DNA from: Schmidtea polychroa
Lineage: Eukaryota
NCBI GenBank assembly: GCA_044892525.1
Contig: CM097885.1
Span: 40,302,001 to 40,366,000 of the forward strand
Direction: 5' to 3'
Length of the DNA: 64,000 nt
Shown here: piece by piece, positions 47,101-56,829 of the stretch
Position numbering within the stretch: position 1 is the first letter of the stretch
How the letters are laid out: each line of letters opens with the position of its first letter
Notes under the pieces: model-generated
What the model saw: only the letters and a program-made list of their open reading frames with translations
Databases searched by the model: none
What the model was told of the DNA's origin: nothing
Made by a program: the position numbers and the translations under genes

Positions 47101-47837
47101 AAGTAAGAATACAAGAAGCATACCGAAATCGAGAAGGGAAGAGAATAGCGAACGTTAAAGGAAAAGAGGTGCACCTAGGAAAAGGTGGTGAAGTAGTAAT
47201 AACGCAGCTCCAACCAAGAAAAGAGCACAAAGTCTGTATTTCAAGATTAGGACCAGGTGAGAGATGCCATCAATATGTGACGCAGCAGCAGCCGCCGAAA
47301 GAATACACGGTTTGTATCTGGAGGAACGAATCAAAAAGAGAATGCCGACGATACCCGGGGAAAAGAGGGAAGAAAAGAAAAAACCACGACGAAAAGGACG
47401 AAGAAGGAAAGCACAAGAAAACCGGCGAGGAAGCTCAGGACAACTATGTTTCGGAGGAAGAGATGGAAAAAATACAAAAGATGGCAAAGGAGGGTATGAA
47501 CGAGGAAATAGCAAGAATACGAGAGATGATGAAAGGGAATGACAAAAGAGGGAACGAGAAAAGTACAGAAGCAATATCAACATTAACAAACAAGGAAAAA
47601 CCAGAGAGTATAAGCGTGAAGCAGATGATGTGGATCAGTGGGATAATAATAACAGGGGCATTCCTAATCATAACGGGGGGAACAATAAAAATAATTAAAG
47701 ATAAACGACATCGCGGAGAACTAGAGATGACCCGAATCAGAAATTTCCAACATCGAGTGAAACGACCAAGTGATATCAAACAAGAACAGTGGGTGGAGGC
47801 CTGGAACGCTCAGCGCCCTCCAAACTCACGTATATAG
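41131..47837 (+). CDS. pol: Element B Pol (PR-RT-RNaseH-IN) + ankyrin repeats + C-terminal membrane protein; in-frame TAG at 41268 within PR
   Basis: AMIDTGA; RFCIDYRKLN; LDLKSGYWQ; MPFGL; YIDD; TDASG; TDHQPL; HHCC; MDVVGP; TDQG; ERFN; GPY; GDTPLH, GYTPLM, GETAMM; hydrophobic signal and TM near the C-terminus. Confidence 0.95.
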
Positions 47838-47997
47838 AAAGGAATATGACTGTATATAACTGTAAAAAGTAAGTATGTCTTATGTATATAACAGTACTAT
47901 ATCTTTATATAAGCGCGGTATCAATATTATACAATAACGGGAATCATAAAATAAAATTAAATTTAAATAAGAGTTGAAAAGTGTATATAAATTAAGA

Positions 47998-48357
47998 ATG
48001 GATCAAGGAAATAACGAAATGAACCACAACACAGTAACCGAAGAATTATGGAAGCAACAATGTGCCGTATTAGCACAATTAGTGTCCAATTTGCAAGAAC
48101 AAGGATTGACGATGCACAGAAACCTAATCGAGAGTATGAATAGAGGATTTAGTTATTTGAAGATAATTGAAGACCAGAGGTTAAAAATCGAACAAATGCA
48201 AAGAGAGATAGAGAGGATAACCCAATATAGCCGTAGACAGGAAATTGAACTAGACAGAATGATGGAGGAAGCAGAACAGACAGAAATAGAAGACTGGTCA
48301 GAATGGCTAATGAATAGAGAGGAGAGTGGACACGAAGCCGACTCTTCCGAACCCTAA
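47998..48357 (+). CDS. Accessory coiled-coil protein, unknown
   Basis: ~119-aa ORF with element-like composition, flanked by AT-rich spacers. Confidence 0.55.
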   Translation: MDQGNNEMNHNTVTEELWKQQCAVLAQLVSNLQEQGLTMHRNLIESMNRGFSYLKIIEDQRLKIEQMQREIERITQYSRRQEIELDRMMEEAEQTEIEDWSEWLMNREESGHEADSSEP

Positions 48358-48442
48358 ACCAAACCTAGCTTAAAATGTAAATAATTGTAAATAAAATATC
48401 GAACCTGTATCGATAAGAACTATAAGTATATATAATTATAGA

Positions 48443-49812
48443 ATGGATAAACGACAAAGAGAAGAGTTCAGAGAGATTGTCGAGCGAGTCCGAAAATCTA
48501 CAACGATCAGAATACACAAACATGTTATGTGCGGAATATGTGAAAAGTTGTTAAAGGAACCTCACCAAACCCAATGTGGATGCAGAGTATGTAAAGAATG
48601 TATCAGTGAAGCAATAAAGAATAGACCACAGTGGTGCCCGGTGTGTAAAGAAACACTAATATCGAGTTTAGCAGACACTAACGAGGATAAAGCCGCAGTG
48701 AAAGACATGTTAAACACCAATCTGGGATGTAAAAATACCCCATGCGAATGGAAAGGAATAATATGGAAAGTAGTGCAACATATGGGAGAATGTATGTACA
48801 GAATCGGCCAGTGTGAAAGGTGCCATAAAACCATTCGAGCAAGCGAAGAAAAAGAGCATCAAAGGCAGTGTGAAGAGAGATTGGAAAGATGTGAACATTG
48901 TGGAGAAATAGATACGTGGAAAAATCTCACCCTCAAACATCACAATGTCCAAGAGGAGAGAGTATGTGCAGAGTTCAGTGGGGAATGCCCAAACGGATGT
49001 AACCAAGGGGAAATAATAAAGGTGGCACAGCATCTAAGGGAATGTGAAAAGAAAAGAATGACATGTGTACTAGGTAAATGGGGTTGTCAGAAACTAGTAC
49101 ACCGAGGGGAGTTACCACATCATTTAGTAGAAAATGCTTCAACCCACGCAGAAATGTGGTCGACTGCGTTACAAGAAAGCGAAGAGAAAGTAAAACAAAT
49201 GGAGATAGAGATAACATCGTTGAAAGTGTTAGTCAAATAACTACTAGAAGAAAGGGAAGCGTTCGAAGAAGCCCGAGCAAACATAAAGATGCAAATAAAC
49301 CGAATAGAAATCAGTAATAATCAGGCCAAGGAGCTACATCAGAAAATACGGGAAAAAACAGCACCCTACATATGGAAAATAACGGGAGTAAAAAAAAAAG
49401 AATACGAAAAGCAAAAACCGGAGAAGAGACAAGAATAACAAGTCCTGCATTCCATTCTTGGAAAAATGGGTACAAAATGAAAATGAAGATATATCCCAAC
49501 GGGGACGGAACCGGATTAGATACACACTTTTCGATTTTCTTTCTGTTATGTAAAGGGGAATACGACGAAATAATAGAGTGGCCGTTCCAGGCAAAAATCG
49601 ATATTGCACTAATGAATGACCGAAGCATCCACGAACAAAGCTTCAAGACAACTGGAAACCAAATGTGTTACCAGAGACCTACGGAAGAAGAAGGATCAGC
49701 AACAGGAGCACCTACGTTCATCCTACAACAAAAAGTAGAAGATATGGCAAGAAATGACACGGTGTATATCAAGATGACCGTGAGGAAAGAGGAGAAGGGT
49801 AGAACGGAGTAA
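48443..49812 (+). pseudogene. Intronless TRAF-like gene (RING - TRAF zinc fingers - coiled coil - MATH); TAA at 49238 and frameshift in A-run 49390-49399
   Basis: CGICEKLLKEPHQTQCGCRVCKEC..CPVC; CKN..CEWKG; CPNGC..HLREC; YIWKITG; SPAF..GYKMKMKIYPNGDGTG..THFSIFF..GEYDEIIEWPF. Confidence 0.92.
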
Positions 49813-50005
49813 CCAATCGAATAATGTTGTATATAATAATCTGTATATATCGGTGTATATAACCAATAAAATATTATATAATAATAGTATGAAAACCCTA
49901 AATACGAAAACCCAAAAATGATGCGAAAATTTCCAAAGAAACAGTAAATAATGAATAAATTCCTTTTTCATAATAAAAAGATTAATCGATGTCTATGATT
50001 TAGAG

Positions 50006-51061
50006 ATGACACAAGAGAAAATAACCGAAACTGCGATAGCCCCAACCAATGTCAACAAGGCACAAATTCCCCGAGAACATAACAAAAAATGGAACAAAGT
50101 AATGTTCCAACTAACTAATCTCACCCGAAATCACATCGAAGAAGCTAGAGAGGATGAGAATAGTCAATACCAATGGTTAATACACAACTTAAGAGCGGAA
50201 GCAGAAGCATGCAAAAGAGCGTCAAAATGGGCGTCACTAGAAAATACCCGCAAAGAAGCGCACAGCCACTACTTAAAGCAGCTAGTGCAGGAAGCGAGAA
50301 AGAGACTTACCGATGAGAACACCAAGCGCGAAGCGGAAAAGCAAATAGAAGGAAGGAAAATGATGCACTTAGTGGCAGAAGCGAGAAAATGGAAAAGACA
50401 AAACAGTGAAATGAAAAAAGAGATGAAAGAATAACCCATGAGACTCGGATATGAAAGCGAACAAGGTAAATGGGAGGAGAATTTAATAATAAAGGAAGAA
50501 TTGAAACGGTTGAGAAAGGTCGCCGCCCGAAGTCAAACCTGGCAAACAAAGGCTATGGAGTTTGAGCGACATTTGGCAATAAAATGCGACATAAGAGAGC
50601 ACGAGAATGCCGCAATGGAAGAGATGATAACCCAACAAGCAGGACGGGTTGTGGAATTAGTAAATCAGGTAGAAGAGATGAAAAGAGACCTTAATGGATT
50701 ACAAGGATCGCTGGAACAAAGAAACATGGTCCTAGCTGGAAAAAACAGAAAATTAGAAAACGAAAGGAGAATGTACACCGAAAATATCAAAAACTTGGAA
50801 ATAGAAATTGAAAAATGGAAGGGCGACGAGAAAATCAAGGCCCTAGATAGACAAATAGAGATGAAAGACGAAGAGACAAGGTACCTCACCTACCTGCTCG
50901 ACGAAGAGCTGAACATCACTCGAGCTCTAAGAGACGAAATTAATGAGTTGAGAGCCCAAATTCCCCAATATTACCTACCATACGACCCTATTGCGATACA
51001 GTTACATCCAACGGTCGATAACGATGAAGGATACGTAGGCCAGGAGGAAACCTTCGTATAA
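50006..51061 (+). pseudogene. Accessory coiled-coil protein split by an in-frame TAA at 50432
   Basis: ORFs 50006..50434 and 50438..51061 are the same frame; heptad-rich. Confidence 0.6.
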
Positions 51062-51232
51062 GGGTGGATAAAAAGATAAAAAACTAAAAACCGGGACGTA
51101 TATCCCAAACAAAAAAAAAATTAAAGTATTGTAAAAGTATCCAAGGGACTGTAACCCAAACTATTAAATTTTATATAAATGTATACGTATAAGTCGCACT
51201 ATAGCGCACCATTAACTGTACATATTATAGAT

Positions 51233-51934
51233 ATGAAAATCGAAGAAATAATAGAAATTGTGAGCGACGTAGAAGAAGGAGAGATCGAAGCAGAAACAAC
51301 AGAAACACAAACGCTAAAGACAGAGTTACGGGAAGAGAAGTATGAAAACGGGAGATTAATAAACAAATACCTGGAAGACCGTAAAATGATAAAGGTGTTA
51401 AAGAAAGAGTGTGAAACGTTGGGGAAAATAAAAAGAGAAACGGAAGAGGAAAACGAATGGCTTCAGGAACAAAGGAAGCGAGGAAAAAACTGGGAAAAGA
51501 TAGCGGGAGAATTATGGAAAGAAAGAGCAAGCCTTAAAGCAGAAGAAGTAATTGAGGATTATTGGAAAGGTGAGGCGAAGGAACGCCAAACAGCAATAAA
51601 TAAATTAAAACAACAACTGGAAGAAAACCAACGGGAAAGTAAAGAAATGAGGAAGTGGATCCACAAATATAAAGAGATAGAAAGAGAACATCAACAACAA
51701 AATTACCTGCAAGAAAACGAACAAGACTTCCTACAAATTGAACTAAAAAGAAACCTTGAAAAGAAAAAGGAAGAAATTAGACGCTTGAAAAAAGAAATCA
51801 GACATTTATGGAGAGAAACCCGTGAAAAAGACCGACAGTTAGCAATGCTACCTGAGTTGAGATATAGGGTCATTAAGGCAGAGACCACCCTAATGAGAAT
51901 CACCGAAAACGATCCCCAAAAGAAAGACGATTAA
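51233..51934 (+). CDS. Accessory coiled-coil protein, unknown
   Basis: E/K/R-rich ORF; ATG follows a tattatag acceptor-like site. Confidence 0.6.
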   Translation: MKIEEIIEIVSDVEEGEIEAETTETQTLKTELREEKYENGRLINKYLEDRKMIKVLKKECETLGKIKRETEEENEWLQEQRKRGKNWEKIAGELWKERASLKAEEVIEDYWKGEAKERQTAINKLKQQLEENQRESKEMRKWIHKYKEIEREHQQQNYLQENEQDFLQIELKRNLEKKKEEIRRLKKEIRHLWRETREKDRQLAMLPELRYRVIKAETTLMRITENDPQKKDD

Positions 51935-51988
51935 CAAAAGAACGTCGACAATTGTAAATAAATTAAATGTTTGATGTATAACAGTATA

Positions 51989-52615
51989 ATGCGGTGGGGA
52001 GTGACAATCACCTTGATAATACTGGCCAACAATCTGATGAGCAAGCCACAGAGTAACCCCCAAATAGATAGCCTCCGAGATCACCGAAGAAAGAACTCGA
52101 AAACCCAATCAGAATCACCTAAACCGAGATGCCATACCATGGTAAAGAGCAAATTCATAGACAACATCCGTTCAACCCGAACCTACATCGACAATATCCG
52201 AGTAATGTGCCAAGGAAACCTCCTGTGTAGAAAAATAAATAAGGTGATGGTAGAACAAATCCATCACCTGGATCAACTAGAAGTGCAAATACGACAGGAA
52301 AATTCCGAACCTGAAAAAATCGAGAAATCCCCAGAACAAAGCGACACCCACTACCTTCTATATGTGGTGATCGCCGAAACAAGCCTATTATGTCTAATAA
52401 CCTTCTTAGAAATCCTCGAATTCAAGAAAAAATGCCAACAACCGAAATCCAAAGCCACCCAGAAAAATTCGGTCGAACTCTCCAACATCACTCAAAATAC
52501 AAGTCCACTCAGATTAACCAACCAAGAATCTCCCAAACCATCAACCAGTCGTCCGGCCTACTACAACATCGAGCCTAAAATGTACCAACAACCCCAGTCA
52601 AAGTCATCAGAGTAA
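51989..52615 (+). CDS. Accessory small type I membrane protein
   Basis: Signal-like MRWGVTITLIILANNL; Cys-containing ectodomain; TM YLLYVVIAETSLLCLITFL; Ser/Pro/Tyr tail. Confidence 0.6.
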   Translation: MRWGVTITLIILANNLMSKPQSNPQIDSLRDHRRKNSKTQSESPKPRCHTMVKSKFIDNIRSTRTYIDNIRVMCQGNLLCRKINKVMVEQIHHLDQLEVQIRQENSEPEKIEKSPEQSDTHYLLYVVIAETSLLCLITFLEILEFKKKCQQPKSKATQKNSVELSNITQNTSPLRLTNQESPKPSTSRPAYYNIEPKMYQQPQSKSSE

Positions 52616-52857
52616 TAAAACAATGCCAGTACTGATTTAAAACATTATCTAGTGTGAACTGTAAAACATTATCTGGTGTGAACTTCTGTGTATATAACCT
52701 ATCACCATAAGTGATACCTGCTTGGTCCTATTTTGACCTTTATCTTACTAATAAATTTATTGTATATGATGTTGTGGTTATTTTATTTTTCTTTTTATGA
52801 ACGAATGAAGTAAGTATGTAATTGCGGGACGCAATTTTGATGGGTCCCCGAGTGATT

Positions 52858-55800
52858 TGTTGGGCTGAATTGGAAAAAATGATCGTCGAAAAATAAGATA
52901 GATAAGAGGCGAATAAAATAAAATAAGACCACCAATTTTAGGAATAAATAAATCAAGACATAAAATAAACCATAAATAAGATATAAAAATTAAAACAAAA
53001 AATAAAAATTAAAAAATTAAAAAATAAAGTAATAACATAATGAATAAGATACCGGAAAACGCAATAAATAATAAGGAATTTAGGAAATAAATAAAAGATA
53101 TAATAAAAATAGGAAAATAAGTAAAATACCCAAAGAAATAGGAAAAAACAAACTAATTTAATATAATAAGCGGTACTCAATTTTGATTGGTCCGCGTAAA
53201 TGAAAAATTGGTATATAAACCAACGCCAAAATCATAAAAATCAGTGTTAATTTGAAAAAACATTACAGGTAAAGAAATTTTAGCATAAGTATCACGAGTG
53301 TTAATTTGAAAAAACATTACAGGACTGACTCTAGGACCAGAAAACCTTCAATAAATTCAGAGAAACTACTCGAGAACCTCATAAAACCGACTACAAGCTT
53401 CAACACCAGTTGACTATTTTGGAAAAGACGAGCCTTATATTTCGATTCAGCCTAACGTGACAGTAAGAGATTGTATTCATTTGTTTTTCTTAATTTTTGA
53501 AGTAACAATAACTATGTATATTTATTAAATAATTAAAATTTTAAGTTACATTTGATTTTTCTTCTTTTCACTTGATCCCGATTAATAAATTTGATAAATT
53601 AACTGGTTTAAAAATCTAAAGTCATTAATTCGATATGATTTGGCAATTCTTATGATTATTTTTATGAAGTATAATTTTATGCTGTTCAAAGTAACGAGTA
53701 ACGTGGAGTTGAGATACTCCATGTCATGGTATGAGGTGCCTTCGGGAGCTCAGCCGGTGGACATGGAGTATTTCAATCACGCAGCTAGATTGGGCCGAAA
53801 TGTGAAGGCTTCTTCACGGGTCCAATCGCTGAAGGTGCGACTAAAATTCTATGAAAAGATTGCTCTAGGAAAACCGTAGTTAGACAGTGATTGAAAAGAC
53901 AGATGTATAAATGGATGCATTTTTGACAATTCGCACGGTGATTGAGGAGGTCACGCTAATAGCTCATCGGTTCGTTTTCTTGAACTTTATCACATCTTAG
54001 TTATCAGAAAATTGTTATATAATTATTCAGTAAATTCGTCTAAAAATTGGTGTCATTTCATAACCTACATCACCTGAATGCATAATTTTACGAAAATTAT
54101 ATCCTGTGACTTTCAGCTGCCAGAACTCCATGAATGTAGTCTATCGTATTTTTTCGCACATAATTAATTTTGATAAATCGGTCGAGAGTACATATGGTAG
54201 CGAATCCCAAAAATTAATTAATTCCAAAAATATTTACAGAATTACGAAATATCTCTAAATTCAATTCAACAAAATTTATTTTATACAAAGAGAAAACTAG
54301 TTCAATGCCATACCTTCCCCAGAGATCGAACAGGCAATGTCTAAGGCATAATTGCGAAATTCACGAATCCAATGAGTAAAATCCAAATTTTCAGTGTAGT
54401 ACCGAGAGGGGTCGAATGTAGTTTTCTTCATTACCTTCTTATTGATCGTCGGAAATTCCACTAAAAGTCCAATTTTTGATTTTAACTTCATATTGAGAAA
54501 CATCAGCAGTAGCAAGAGGAAATCTACATAATCCACCGCACAATGAGTATCGGATAACATATGAGTAGCGGGATGTTGATGGAATTAGCAGCAAGCGCGA
54601 TAAAATCCAAAATTCATTTCAAGTAATAAACAACCACACGCAAATTCACATTGATACGGCAAACATACGAGAGTTCACATAACGCATGCATACCACACAC
54701 TGACATTGAGAACATTCGCATGAGAGACATGAGTTAATTCTCAAGTAAATATCATCAGCAACAAACTAGGCCATATGCCCTACTGATAGTAATTTTTTCC
54801 TCTCTGCGAGATAATGACGGAGAAACGTGTTGGATAGCAACTGGTCTGAGATTATTGTATTCAAGCTATCACTTCTCACATACTACTGGATAAAGATTTG
54901 GTCTAGACTAATTATGGAATAATCACCAGATAATTATAATCCTGATTACGATCACAAATAGCACTCTTAAATTAGTTATAAATTATTTATGTTTTGGATA
55001 ATTAGAATAATTTAAATTAGGCTTACAGATAATACTAACAATTTCGTTCGGTAGACCATATAAATAATCATATAAATCTTCAATAAAGCACGATAAGTAA
55101 TGTATCGAAGTTTTCATTAAACATCATTATATTATTATTATTATTCTAATATTTTACTAAATATCATCGATCCTTAAACTATCACACATAACATTATACG
55201 AGTGGGTGACAGGGGCAAGAGCGTTGGGAAGGTCGTAGCGTCGAAGTCGCGTGATTTTTGATCATAAATGGAATTCCGGATTGGTAGGAAAATTTTAGGA
55301 TTCGTAAAGGTACCCCTGAACCTGTATTAATCGAATTGCATTCGTCAAATCAGCATAGTTCGGTTAGGTAAAGAATTTTGTCCGTCAAACTAGTATTATT
55401 TAATGGAATTAAGAAATTTTGTACACAATTTAAATCGACGAGTAAGGACATTCATTGTTGTTTAGTGGCTGAATATCCACGGGCAGTCGATTATTCGTAT
55501 TCCACGTATTTCTTCAACCATGTATATATTACGTCTTAACATCATTCTTTATAGCGAGCATGATACCAACTACCAAACCTGCGTTACGTCCGTGCTTCTC
55601 TTGTGCGGATAAAAACGCCATCATCAAAGATCTGCAAACCCAGATTGGACGTTACAAAAGGAAGATAGATGAGCTAGAAGGGACATGGTTTAGTCCCGCT
55701 CGGATGAAAGAGATCCAAAAGAAGCTCGATCGTAGCGAGCATTGCCGGGACGCGCTAATATCTGAGAGCCGTGCCCAAAGAAGTCTCATCAAAGAACAGT

Positions 55801-56829
55801 CAGAGGCACTGCGCAAAGTCTACGTGCAGGCGACTACAACCCGGAAAATAGTGCAGATTCCTATCAGAGAGGCCGATAACATCTTTCCGCCTCATCACAA
55901 CCCTTCCTCGAATCCATCTCCGCCGTTCAAGAGACCGTGTCGAGACTGCGTGGAAACCGAACTTTCACCTGGGCGACCGGACGTTGTCCTCACGGGTACT
56001 AGCAAGACTTCAGCTGCTAACATCTCTATACCCACTGCGCTTCAAACCACCACAACTACGAGCAAACCCAAGCGCAAACAATTATCGCGTGCGGAACGAA
56101 AGCGGAGGCAGCGTGAGCGTGCGTCCACCAAGCCAAGCCTCCAATCAATAGAAGACTCTACTGGCGGTGGTAGTTCTCGAATGTCCATCGACTTGACAAT
56201 AGGGGCCCCAGCGCGCATCATCTCGGCGGCTGGCGTGACATGGGAGGAAAATGCCTCCGAATTCTTTGATCTGGACGAGTTGCTCGCCGACACCGAATGG
56301 GAACATGAGATTCATGAAGTCCGTTAGGAAGTCGTATCGCATTTATTGTGACATTTCTTTTTCTCCACGAATACTCGTGATGTGTACGATTAACTCCTTG
56401 TGTATTAATATTGAATACTAATAAATTTCGTCGTTTACTTACTTCCGTTTATAAACTGTCAGATTTTAATTAAATAAGTTGAATATAGCGTCTTCGAGAG
56501 TTAACGAATAATCCCCGATTTATCCTCGTGAAATTCTGGCAACCGGTGATGTAATGCAATGGACGTAAGCCCTTCTATCGGCAGTCAGGAATGGGAAGTC
56601 GAGGCCTCAGCAAGGAGTAGTTTTAAGGCAGAAGCTCACCTGCTTGCTGGCGTCTCGCCTGCATAGTGCAGTACCAACGTGAAGTAATTCACGGGCACTA
56701 TGCTGGAGGAAAGTTATGTGGGGTTTCACTCCGGGTTGACAAAGCGGCGGCACATTTTATTCGAGATGGACAATCAACCCTTAGACCAGACAATATGGGA
56801 GAGTAGTCAGCCGAGGTGTAACCCCAACA
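52858..56829 (+). repeat. 3' LTR of element B (3972 bp)
   Basis: Copy of 27737-31649 plus a 54-bp and a 5-bp insertion and about ten substitutions seen by eye. Confidence 0.97.
55560..56327 (+). CDS. LTR-encoded protein, 3' LTR copy
   Basis: Identical to 30380..31147 except two residues. Confidence 0.7.
   Translation: MIPTTKPALRPCFSCADKNAIIKDLQTQIGRYKRKIDELEGTWFSPARMKEIQKKLDRSEHCRDALISESRAQRSLIKEQSEALRKVYVQATTTRKIVQIPIREADNIFPPHHNPSSNPSPPFKRPCRDCVETELSPGRPDVVLTGTSKTSAANISIPTALQTTTTTSKPKRKQLSRAERKRRQRERASTKPSLQSIEDSTGGGSSRMSIDLTIGAPARIISAAGVTWEENASEFFDLDELLADTEWEHEIHEVR

Larger units (their letters stand above)
27737..56829 (+). mobile_element. Giant Gypsy LTR retrotransposon B, 29.1 kb, structurally complete
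   Basis: Two near-identical TG..CA LTRs, PBS, gag/env/pol; flanks TTAG / TTCG (4-bp TSD with one mismatch). Confidence 0.95.

Noticed and set aside
35247..52382. Numerous minus-strand and off-frame ORFs overlapping element B genes
   Set aside because: Shadow ORFs from A-rich coding-strand bias (Ser/Phe/Leu-rich, no motifs).
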